Source: an uncultured Methanolobus sp.
GTDB lineage: Archaea; Halobacteriota; Methanosarcinia; Methanosarcinales; Methanosarcinaceae
DNA: 64,000 nucleotides
NCBI GenBank assembly: GCA_963675495.1
Contig: OY776215.1
Location: 2,336,001-2,400,000, forward strand
Direction: 5' to 3'
Below are positions 55,228 to 64,000 of this stretch, one piece after another (within the stretch, counting starts at the first letter, position 1; every line of letters begins with the position of its first letter). A program made the translations under genes and the position numbers. The notes below the pieces were generated by a model, which saw only the letters and a program-made list of their open reading frames with translations, did not search any database and was not told the DNA's origin.

Positions 55228-56304
55228 ATGCAACTGTTGCAGAAATTTAAGCGTGGTGGCTCTAAAAAGACGAAATCAAAGGGTCATGCAAACTACGCGT
55301 ACACCACTGCGCGTGTACGTGCAATGAAAAGTAAGATCCTGCCTAAAGAGACCTACCCCAGGCTCATGAACATGAGCATTGATGAAATTACCAGGTTCAT
55401 TGAAGAATCTGAGTATAAAGAAGATGTTGATGAGTTGGCGAGGCAGTATGAAGGCGCAGATCTTATCGAACATGCACTTAACAGGAACCTTGCTGTAACC
55501 TTCACAAAATTACTTGCTATCTCTGAAGGCGATGTGAATTTCCTTGTTGGTGAGAAACTTAAGCAGTATGATATTTGGAATATAAAGACTATTCTCCGTG
55601 GTAAATACTGTAATGCTTCTACAGAGGAGATCCTTGATGCTCTTGTTGCAGCAGGAAGGTTTAGTTATACTTACCTTTCAGACCTTGCGGCAAAAGACAC
55701 TTATGAGGATATTATCTCTGAGCTTGCAAATACTGAGTATTACTCCATACTGAAGAATTATGATGGTACAAATCTTTCGGATATCGAGAATCAACTCGAT
55801 ATAATTTACTACGCTGGGCTTTTTGAGGTAGTAGGCGAATCAAAATCCAAAGATCGCAAGTTGTTTGCGAGATTTATCCGGATGGGCATTGATATGAAGA
55901 ACCTTACAACGCTTTTCCGCTTGAAGAAATCCGGAATTACAGATCCTGATATGATGGGTCTGATGGTAGAGGGTGGACTCAAGTTAAAGCTTAAGGATAT
56001 CGAGAGATTAATGCCTCTTTCCTTTGCAGATTTTATCTCAGAGCTTGAGAAGAATCCATATTGGGATGTTATTTCAGATGTTGTAAGTCCGGATATGGTT
56101 TCATTGATCGATGTTGAGAGCCGACTGAAAAAACACAGGCTTAAATCTGCAGCAAGCTTTTCACATGTTTATCCAATCTCAATTGTACCAATTATGGATT
56201 ATATGCTAACTAAGAAGAATGAGATCAACAACTTGCGGATAATTATACGTGGCAAAGCCGCCAACCTCGATGATGAACTTATCAAGGAACAGTTGGTGAT
56301 CTGA
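55228..56304 (+). CDS. ahaC: A1Ao ATP synthase subunit C
   Basis: [38 protein letters not shown]. Confidence 0.94.
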   Translation: MQLLQKFKRGGSKKTKSKGHANYAYTTARVRAMKSKILPKETYPRLMNMSIDEITRFIEESEYKEDVDELARQYEGADLIEHALNRNLAVTFTKLLAISEGDVNFLVGEKLKQYDIWNIKTILRGKYCNASTEEILDALVAAGRFSYTYLSDLAAKDTYEDIISELANTEYYSILKNYDGTNLSDIENQLDIIYYAGLFEVVGESKSKDRKLFARFIRMGIDMKNLTTLFRLKKSGITDPDMMGLMVEGGLKLKLKDIERLMPLSFADFISELEKNPYWDVISDVVSPDMVSLIDVESRLKKHRLKSAASFSHVYPISIVPIMDYMLTKKNEINNLRIIIRGKAANLDDELIKEQLVI

Positions 56305-56603
56305 TGGAATTAGCAGTAGTCGGAAGTGGCGAGTTTGTAACAGGTTTCAGACTGGCCGGTGTTAAAAAAATATTTGAAATTAATAATAGCGAACTTGAAC
56401 TTACAGTAGAAAGTATACTTAAGGATCGGGAAATCGGCATTCTGGTAATGCATGGTGATGATCTGATTAAACTACCGGAGATTTTGAGAAACACTATCAA
56501 TGACTCTGTTGAGCCAACGGTTGTGACTCTCGGGGGTAGTGGTGAAAGTTCGAACTTAAGGGAAAAAATAAAGCAATCGGTAGGTGTAGATCTGTGGAAA
56601 TGA
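56304..56603 (+). CDS. ahaF: A1Ao ATP synthase subunit F
   Basis: [27 protein letters not shown]. Confidence 0.95.
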   Translation: MELAVVGSGEFVTGFRLAGVKKIFEINNSELELTVESILKDREIGILVMHGDDLIKLPEILRNTINDSVEPTVVTLGGSGESSNLREKIKQSVGVDLWK

Positions 56604-58330
56604 AAGGTGAAATTTATCGTGTGGCCGGACCAGTTGTCACTATTATGGGTATCAAGCCAAAAATGTACGATGTGGTACATGTTGGTCACGAAGGTCTTAT
56701 GGGCGAAGTTATCAGAATTAAAGGTGACAAATCCACTGTTCAGGTATATGAAGATACATCTGGTATCAAACCAGGTGAACCTGTAGTGAACACTGGAATG
56801 TCTCTCTCTGTAGAACTCGGTCCAGGTTTATTAGAAAGTATTTATGACGGTATTCAGAGACCTCTGAAAGTACTCCAGGAAAAGATGGGAGACTTCATTG
56901 ACAGGGGTGTTACTGCTCCTGGTCTTGACCGTGAAAAAGTATGGGATTTCAAAGCTACTGTATCAATTGGCGATTCCGTAAAAGGCGGTTCAGTAATTGG
57001 TGTTGTACAGGAAACAGAGAACATTGAGCACAAGATCATGGTGCTGCCAACAGTTTCCGGTACAGTTAAAGAAATAAAGTCCGGAAAGTTCAAAGTTGAC
57101 GAAACAGTATGTGTCCTTACAGATGGCACTGAAATTTCAATGATGCAGAGGTGGCCTGTAAGAATGCCACGTCCAGTCGAGAAGAAGTTCATTCCAACAA
57201 GACCTCTCATTACAGGTCAGAGGATTCTTGACGGTCTCTTCCCTGTTGCAAAGGGCGGTACTGCAGCTATCCCTGGTCCATTCGGTTCAGGAAAAACTGT
57301 TACCCAGCAACAGCTTGCAAAGTGGAGTGACACTGACATTGTAGTTTACATTGGATGTGGAGAACGTGGAAACGAAATGGCTGATGTACTGAACGAGTTC
57401 CCTGAACTCCAGGACCCACAGACCGGTCGTCCACTGATGGAACGTACAGTTCTTATCGCAAACACGTCTAACATGCCTGTAGCTGCTCGTGAAGCATCTG
57501 TTTACACAGGTATCACAATTGCAGAATATTACCGTGACATGGGATACGATGTATCACTCATGGCTGACTCCTCATCCAGATGGGCAGAAGCAATGAGGGA
57601 AATTTCCTCAAGGCTTGAAGAAATGCCTGGTGAAGAAGGTTATCCAGCATACCTTTCTGCAAGGCTCTCTGAGTTCTATGAGCGCGCAGGTGCAGTAAAA
57701 TCACTTGCATCAGAAGAAGGTTCTATTACAGTAATTGGTGCAGTATCACCACCTGGTGGCGACTTCTCAGAGCCTGTTACACAGAATACACTTCGTATAG
57801 TAAAAGTATTCTGGGCACTGGATGCAAAACTTGCACAGAGAAGACACTTCCCATCCATAGACTGGCTTACAAGTTACAGTCTGTACACTCAGGGTCTTTC
57901 CGACTGGTTCGCAGAGAACGTTGCACCTGACTGGGTACCACTCAGGGACCATGCAATGGAACTTCTCCAGCAGGAATCCGAACTTCAGGAGATCGTACAG
58001 CTCGTTGGTTCCGACGCACTTCCGGAAGACCAGCAGCTGGTTCTTGAGATCTGCCGTATGCTCAGGGAATACTTCCTTCAGCAGAACGCGTTCCACCCTG
58101 TTGACACATACTGCCCATTCGATAAGCAGTACAAATTATTGAAAGCAATCTCCAAGTACAGTGACATGGCGCAGGCATCACTTGAAGCAGGAATTCCAAT
58201 GTCGGATATTCTGTCCCTTGAGTCAAAGGACGAACTTGCCAAGGTCAAATTCGAAGAGAATTTCGATGATGCACTGAATGTTGTCATGGATAAGATGGAC
58301 AAGGAATTTGCAGCACTTGGAGGCAACTAA
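56594..58330 (+). CDS. ahaA: A1Ao ATP synthase subunit A
   Basis: [29 protein letters not shown]; no intein. Confidence 0.98.
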   Translation: MEMKGEIYRVAGPVVTIMGIKPKMYDVVHVGHEGLMGEVIRIKGDKSTVQVYEDTSGIKPGEPVVNTGMSLSVELGPGLLESIYDGIQRPLKVLQEKMGDFIDRGVTAPGLDREKVWDFKATVSIGDSVKGGSVIGVVQETENIEHKIMVLPTVSGTVKEIKSGKFKVDETVCVLTDGTEISMMQRWPVRMPRPVEKKFIPTRPLITGQRILDGLFPVAKGGTAAIPGPFGSGKTVTQQQLAKWSDTDIVVYIGCGERGNEMADVLNEFPELQDPQTGRPLMERTVLIANTSNMPVAAREASVYTGITIAEYYRDMGYDVSLMADSSSRWAEAMREISSRLEEMPGEEGYPAYLSARLSEFYERAGAVKSLASEEGSITVIGAVSPPGGDFSEPVTQNTLRIVKVFWALDAKLAQRRHFPSIDWLTSYSLYTQGLSDWFAENVAPDWVPLRDHAMELLQQESELQEIVQLVGSDALPEDQQLVLEICRMLREYFLQQNAFHPVDTYCPFDKQYKLLKAISKYSDMAQASLEAGIPMSDILSLESKDELAKVKFEENFDDALNVVMDKMDKEFAALGGN

Positions 58331-58331
58331 A

Positions 58332-59711
58332 ATGACCAAGGAATATAAGACGATCACAGAAATCTCCGGACCATTGATGTTCCTCGAGAATACAGAACCT
58401 GTAGGCTATGGTGAACTTGTTCACATCAACCTTCCAGACGGTACAACAAAGAGAGGTCAGGTTCTTGATACCTCAGCTGATGTTGTAGCAGTTCAGGTAT
58501 TTGAAGGAACTGGTGGACTGAATGAAGAGTCTGGTGTAGTATTCTCCGGTGAGACAATCAAGCTTCCTGTATCAAAAGACATGCTTGGTCGTATCCTTTC
58601 CGGTTCAGGTGAACCATTGGACGGCGGACCACGTATCGTTCCTGAAGACAGGCTTGATGTTAACGGTTCATCAATGAACCCATATTCAAGGATGCCACCA
58701 GAGGACTTCATCCAGACAGGTATTTCAACCATAGATGGAACAAACACCCTTGTACGTGGACAGAAGCTTCCTATCTTCTCCGGATCAGGTCTTCCACATA
58801 ACGAGATCGCACTTCAGATCGCACGTCAGGCAAAGGTTCCAGGTTCAGATGAACCATTCGCAGTAGTTTTCGCTGCAATGGGTATCACAAACGAAGAAGC
58901 CCAGTATTTCATGCAGGACTTCGAAAAGACCGGTGCTCTTGAAAGAGCTGTGGTTTTCCTTAACCTTGCAGACGACCCTGCTGTAGAACGTATCATCACA
59001 CCAAGGATGGCTCTTACAGCTGCAGAATATCTTGCATACGAGCATGATATGCACGTACTCGTAATCCTTACTGACATCACAAACTACTGTGAAGCTCTCC
59101 GTCAGATGGGTGCAGCTCGTGAAGAAGTTCCAGGAAGACGTGGTTACCCAGGTTACATGTACACTGACCTTGCATCACTCTATGAGCGTGCAGGTGTTAT
59201 CAAGGGATTGAAGGGTTCAGTTACTCAGTTCTCAATCCTCACCATGCCTGGTGACGATATCACTCACCCGATTCCTGACCTGTCAGGATATATCACAGAA
59301 GGTCAGATAGTAGTTTCCAGGGAACTTCACATGAAAGGTGTTTACCCACCGATCAATGTGCTTCCATCCCTGTCACGTCTGATGAACTCAGGTATTGGTG
59401 AAGGGAAGACCAGAGATGACCATAAGGCAGTATCTGATCAGATGTATGCCGGTTATGCAGAAGGTCGTGACCTCAGAGGTCTTGTAGCTATTGTGGGTAA
59501 AGAGGCATTGTCCGAAAGAGACCAGAGAATCCTTGAATTCGCTGACCTGTTCGAAGACAGGTTCGTCCGTCAGGGAAGAGATGAAGACAGGTCAATTGAA
59601 GACACTCTTACAGTTGGCTGGGACATTCTCTCCGAGCTTCCGGAATCCCTGCTTACCAGGATCGATAACAAGTATATCGACAAGTACCACCCTGCTCACA
59701 AGAGCAACTAA
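58332..59711 (+). CDS. ahaB: A1Ao ATP synthase subunit B
   Basis: [50 protein letters not shown]. Confidence 0.98.
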   Translation: MTKEYKTITEISGPLMFLENTEPVGYGELVHINLPDGTTKRGQVLDTSADVVAVQVFEGTGGLNEESGVVFSGETIKLPVSKDMLGRILSGSGEPLDGGPRIVPEDRLDVNGSSMNPYSRMPPEDFIQTGISTIDGTNTLVRGQKLPIFSGSGLPHNEIALQIARQAKVPGSDEPFAVVFAAMGITNEEAQYFMQDFEKTGALERAVVFLNLADDPAVERIITPRMALTAAEYLAYEHDMHVLVILTDITNYCEALRQMGAAREEVPGRRGYPGYMYTDLASLYERAGVIKGLKGSVTQFSILTMPGDDITHPIPDLSGYITEGQIVVSRELHMKGVYPPINVLPSLSRLMNSGIGEGKTRDDHKAVSDQMYAGYAEGRDLRGLVAIVGKEALSERDQRILEFADLFEDRFVRQGRDEDRSIEDTLTVGWDILSELPESLLTRIDNKYIDKYHPAHKSN

Positions 59712-59729
59712 CTTAAAAGGTGATCTAAC

Positions 59730-60347
59730 ATGGGCGTGAAAGATGTAAAACCAACTCGTTCAGAACTTATTGAAATCAAGAGAAAGATCAAGCTATCTCA
59801 GAGTGGTCACAAGCTGCTCAAGATGAAAAGGGATGGTCTTATCCTTGAGTTCTTTGAGATCCTCAACAAAGCAAAGGATGTCAGAACTGAGCTGGATGCC
59901 GCCTATGAAGATGCTTCCCGGAGGATAGGTATTGCAAATGCTGTTGACGGTACTATCACCGTCAAATCTACAGCTTTTGCACTTAAGAGCAAGCCGGAGA
60001 TTGAACTGGAAAGCCGTAATATTATGGGTGTTGTCGTTCCAAAGATCGAATCATCCAGTGTCAAGAAATCCATAAACGAACGTGGTTATGGTATACTTGG
60101 TACCAGTTCATACACTGATGAGGCAGCAGATGCTTATGAGAATCTTGTCGAAAAGATAATCCTTGCTGCAGAGATCGAGACAACCATGAAAAAGCTTCTT
60201 GATGATATCGAGAAGACCAAAAGGCGTGTCAATGCTCTCGAATTTAAGGTAATACCGGAACTTGAGGAAGCAATGGTCTTCATACAGCTCCGTCTCGAAG
60301 AGATGGAAAGGGAAAACACCTTCAGACTAAAGAGGATCAAGGGATAA
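59730..60347 (+). CDS. ahaD: A1Ao ATP synthase subunit D
   Basis: [36 protein letters not shown]. Confidence 0.97.
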   Translation: MGVKDVKPTRSELIEIKRKIKLSQSGHKLLKMKRDGLILEFFEILNKAKDVRTELDAAYEDASRRIGIANAVDGTITVKSTAFALKSKPEIELESRNIMGVVVPKIESSSVKKSINERGYGILGTSSYTDEAADAYENLVEKIILAAEIETTMKKLLDDIEKTKRRVNALEFKVIPELEEAMVFIQLRLEEMERENTFRLKRIKG

Positions 60348-60385
60348 TCCTTTGATATTCTTTTTTTATGGATACTAATCCAGAA

Positions 60386-60416
60386 GATCGGCCAAATGTG
60401 GTCGACCGTTTTTTTC
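60386..60416 (+). terminator. Possible terminator of the ATP synthase operon
   Basis: T-tract at about 60361-60367, then hairpin CGGCCA-AATG-TGGTCG followed by T7. Confidence 0.4.
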
Positions 60417-61243
60417 AAAAATTAACGCAGCCTAAGAACCTTGCACATATCCTTAGATGGGCATGGCTCATTTCGTTATTGATGTTAGTGCTGGGTTATA
60501 TTCTAATCTTCAGTGAGATATCTGAATATATTGACATTATATAAAGCACGATATAACGTTGTGTGGTAACTAATTACATTTTTTAATTGACGTGAGAGTT
60601 TCGAGCACCTTTTTTGCATGCTCATTTGTCCTGACATTGTTGGATTTGTAGATATAATGTTTAGCATTAGATCTAAAATTAGTATGAAACAAGTTTCATA
60701 TTTTTAATCTGGAACACTTTTCATAAATCCATTATAATGTAAAATTCTACTTATCTAACATATGCTGTATAAAACGCTAATATTTTGATTGAAATTAAGT
60801 TACAATAGAGATTATGCTATTGATTGAAGTGGCTTTCTCTTTGTCACTACTAGTATTCCTGGGGAATGGGAAAGAACTGTAGGTGATTTCTGAGAACAAG
60901 TATCTGTGTTGGTACTGGTAGGTTTATTGTTACACAAAAGAATAACTAAATGTAATAGCTATGATTCTTTTGAGACGAAGAAAAAGAATAAGGTAGTCTG
61001 GAGGACATTAAAGCAAAAAGGCACTGTTGCAAAGCAATATAGGGTAAAATCAATTTATGGTGCATAGCTTTGATTGGTGGGCTAATTTTGTGTTCATTGT
61101 TCAAATGAAAAATTCTATAGAATCGTTAATTGCGCAGCATTATATATTTTTACAATGAATAATTATATTTATATAATATGATTACGTGTACATTTTGTAA
61201 ATTCTTATTCCAATATATTATATATAATATTTAAGGCGATTAT

Positions 61244-64000
61244 ATGAAAACTACACATTGTTTTGAGTCAAAAAGATCTAAGCGAATACTAATGCTATTT
61301 CTAGCGATCTTGATATCCGTTATTGTTATTTTACCAAGTGGATGTCTTGATGCAGATATAGATGATACGGATGATATGAACGATCAGATAATCAATGAGG
61401 TTGACAAAGATGATATCTATCAGCCAACGGATGTTGTATCTGAAGAGCCAATGGATGAAGCTACATCCAACGAAGAGATAGACAATGTTACAGCAACAGA
61501 GGAGCCTGTAACACAGGTGGTAACACCTTCTCATTCAAGTGGTGGCAGCAGTTCTTCTTCTTCTTCCTCTAGTTCCGATGTTAGCAGGACTGTTACTTCA
61601 GGAGATTACACAGAACCTGTAGCAACAATTGCTGGTGATCTCACAATTACTGGAGCAACAACTGGCACAATTACCCTACCAACAGGACTGACTGTTAATG
61701 GTGACCTTACTGTGAACACCCCGAGTGCCACAGTAACCAACAGGGCAAATGTTGATGGAACTGTAAATATCATTGCAGTAAGTGTCAACACCTGGAACCA
61801 GTACGGAAATGCCGGCGGGATTCAAATGGGTGCTGAGGACGCTACATTCAATTTCTACTCTGGAAATGTTAGTGATGGGATTGAAATGGGTGCTGAGAAT
61901 GCAACATTCCAGTTCATTGCAGGAAATATATCCGGTGGTGTAAGTCTCACCCAACCATCCAGAGTGGTAATAAACGCAACTGCAACAGGTCTTCCTGAGA
62001 TTACAGTAGGTGGAGCTGCTGAAGGTTCAGACATTGATAACCTTGGTGGCGAACAATTAGAATTAGTCGCAGAAGCTAATGTAACAGTGGCTGGAAGCGT
62101 GAATGTCACAGCAAGTGCTGGAGTTACTCCTACTGAGAGAACAGCTCGTGGCAGTCTGGCATTAGTTCCAAGCTCTGCAATTTATAATACCAATGTCGAT
62201 ATGGCAATAACCTACACAGCTGGTGAAGATCTTAATACCAGTGTGGTTAACATCACTGTGCCAGCAGGATTTGTCGTAGCTGATGCAAATAGTCTTACTG
62301 TTGCAGGCGCAGGTACGGATGTCGCAAGTAATACCAACGCTTCTTACGATGGAAATATACTTACTGTTGAAAATGTGACCATAAATGAAGGTCAAGCAAT
62401 TGTACTAACTCTTGCAACACAACAGGTAAGTTCAGCAGGAACTTATGATTTCTCTGCTACTGCACACAACACATCAAAACTGATAAGCAATGCAGCAACT
62501 GCAAGTTTTACTTCATTGCCAAACAATGATGCAGATCTTAGTGCTTTGGTAGTAAGTCCTGGCACATTGATTCCAGCTTTCAATGCAGCTACAACTGCTT
62601 ACACGGTTAATGTAGCCTATGATGTAAGTTCAATTAATGTAACTGCTACTTTATCCGATACAAATGCTTCAATGTTGGTTAATGGTGAAGTAGCAACTAG
62701 TGCTGTTGTTAATGCAGTCACACTTCAGGCTGCCGGAAGCACAACTTCAATTCCAGTTGTGGTAACAGCAGAAGATGGTACAAGTACAAAGACATATACT
62801 ATGACAGTGAACAGGGCTGTAGATCCAACTTCAGATAACGTAGGTATAGCAACAGCTAAGGCTGCTTTAGACACTACAGCAACACTAAACCCTGTAGAGG
62901 GAAATGATACTAACGTAGTGACAATGGCACAGGCCATAGTAGATGGTGTTGTATCTGGTGTAACCGTAACTGTCAGTGATGCCAGCGGCAATGCGAATGT
63001 GGGAGCAGACGGAACTATCAGTTATACCTCTTCAGGAGTAACAGGCAATGTGATATTTGCTCTAAACAAAGGAATTGGTACTGAAGCCACATCAACAATG
63101 TCTGTAGTTGTACCCGATGCAGTTGCTTTAGGTAGTCCAACTCCAATAGACTTTGGTGCTTCAAATCCAAGTACAGTTTTATCAATATCCGGAACTAACT
63201 TTACAGCAGAAGCAGCAAACACTTCCAATTGGGTAATCAATGTGGGAACTACAAACTTGACTTCACCTAATATCACATTACAGGGTGCTGGTGGTTTGGC
63301 TACAGGTGTGATATTTGATTTCAATGGTACTGCAGCTGAAGGAAATATTAGCTTCAAAGCACTAAATGCAGCATTGGTAGCGGATATGGATAGTAATGTG
63401 GTCAATCTTGCGATAACTCAGACTCAGACTGCAACACCAACTATTACAACTGGAGCACAAACCGTTTCCACAGCAACTATTAATGTAGTTGGAACCGCTG
63501 CTGCTGATTCTGCTATCTCCATTACTGGTGGATCTGCAGAAGCAACTGGAACTGCTGATGGTTCCGGTGATTATAGTATTGAAGTCACTTTAACAGCAGA
63601 CAGTGTTAACACTTTAAGTGTGACTGCACAATCTGCTGGTGAGGTTGTTAGTGAAGCAGCTACTGTTGCTATCACTCATCAGACTCAGACTGCAACACCA
63701 ACTATTACAACTGGAGCACAAACTGTTTCCACAGCAACTATTAATGTAGTTGGAACCGCTGCTGCTGATTCTGCTATCTCCATTACTGGTGGATCAGCAG
63801 AAGCAACTGGAACTGCTGATGGTTCCGGTGATTATAGTATTGAAGTCACTTTAACAGCAGACAGTGTTAACACTTTAAGTGTGACTGCACAATCTGCTGG
63901 TGAGGTTGTTAGTGAAGCAGCTACTGTTGCTATCACTCATCAGACTCAGACTGCAACACCAACTATTACAACTGGAGCACAAACTGTTTCCACAGCAACT
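61244..64000 (+). CDS. Large surface lipoprotein/adhesin with cadherin-like and tandem Ig-like domains (runs off the window end; absent from the ORF track)
   Basis: Frame read by hand from ATG 61244 with no stop; MKTTHCFESKRSKRILMLFLAILISVIVILPSGC lipobox; acidic/Ser linker; NNDADLSAL...VTAEDGTSTKTYT cadherin-like domain; 87-aa repeats. Confidence 0.88.
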   Translation, partial: MKTTHCFESKRSKRILMLFLAILISVIVILPSGCLDADIDDTDDMNDQIINEVDKDDIYQPTDVVSEEPMDEATSNEEIDNVTATEEPVTQVVTPSHSSGGSSSSSSSSSSDVSRTVTSGDYTEPVATIAGDLTITGATTGTITLPTGLTVNGDLTVNTPSATVTNRANVDGTVNIIAVSVNTWNQYGNAGGIQMGAEDATFNFYSGNVSDGIEMGAENATFQFIAGNISGGVSLTQPSRVVINATATGLPEITVGGAAEGSDIDNLGGEQLELVAEANVTVAGSVNVTASAGVTPTERTARGSLALVPSSAIYNTNVDMAITYTAGEDLNTSVVNITVPAGFVVADANSLTVAGAGTDVASNTNASYDGNILTVENVTINEGQAIVLTLATQQVSSAGTYDFSATAHNTSKLISNAATASFTSLPNNDADLSALVVSPGTLIPAFNAATTAYTVNVAYDVSSINVTATLSDTNASMLVNGEVATSAVVNAVTLQAAGSTTSIPVVVTAEDGTSTKTYTMTVNRAVDPTSDNVGIATAKAALDTTATLNPVEGNDTNVVTMAQAIVDGVVSGVTVTVSDASGNANVGADGTISYTSSGVTGNVIFALNKGIGTEATSTMSVVVPDAVALGSPTPIDFGASNPSTVLSISGTNFTAEAANTSNWVINVGTTNLTSPNITLQGAGGLATGVIFDFNGTAAEGNISFKALNAALVADMDSNVVNLAITQTQTATPTITTGAQTVSTATINVVGTAAADSAISITGGSAEATGTADGSGDYSIEVTLTADSVNTLSVTAQSAGEVVSEAATVAITHQTQTATPTITTGAQTVSTATINVVGTAAADSAISITGGSAEATGTADGSGDYSIEVTLTADSVNTLSVTAQSAGEVVSEAATVAITHQTQTATPTITTGAQTVSTAT
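63419..64000 (+). repeat. 261-bp near-identical tandem repeats (87-aa Ig-like units)
   Basis: CAGACTCAGACTGCAACACC at 63419, 63680 and 63941; copies 1 and 2 differ only at synonymous sites seen (ACC/ACT, TCT/TCA). Confidence 0.93.

Noticed and set aside
56594-58330. Intein in ATP synthase subunit A
   Set aside because: Normal 578-aa length with a continuous [11 protein letters not shown] motif.
60420-61240. Decayed gene or ncRNA in the long gap after ahaD
   Set aside because: Only short interrupted frames and no convincing structure or motif; cannot be supported without a search.
61331-63405. Minus-strand ORFs listed in the track
   Set aside because: They are antisense shadows of the long plus-strand surface-protein gene starting at 61244.

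Overview
Chromosomal window from a methanogenic archaeon of the Methanosarcinaceae, probably Methanolobus-like, judged from the 16S sequence, A1Ao ATP synthase operon, ahb heme pathway and a PEF-CTERM protein. The main feature is a 14.8-kb integrated element (3821-18636) bounded by a 13-bp direct repeat, AGGGCTTAGGACC. It has inserted in the anticodon arm of the host tRNA-Leu(UAG) and left it split: 5' half at 3791-3833, 3' half at 18624-18678. Instead of repairing the gene at the att site, the element carries its own complete, diverged tRNA-Leu(UAG) (3930-4014) behind a promoter homologous to the host one. The element encodes a Zn-ribbon tyrosine integrase, a wHTH protein and a putative Rep_trans-like rolling-circle initiator with a coupled leader ORF and candidate antisense RNA. 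It also has a hairpin-rich candidate origin and defence-type cargo: a HEPN-motif protein, a type I R-M system and an LRR-Roc-COR protein. The rest is mostly core genome: Fe/cobalamin ABC transporter, rRNA operon (16S-Ala-23S-Cys-5S), Psp/HtpX cluster, pyrKD, hem/ahb operon, ccmE-prenyl synthase-radical SAM cluster and ahaHIKECFABD. The window ends in the start of a large Ig-repeat surface lipoprotein that the ORF track missed. All assignments are from reading motifs by eye; no database searches were run.
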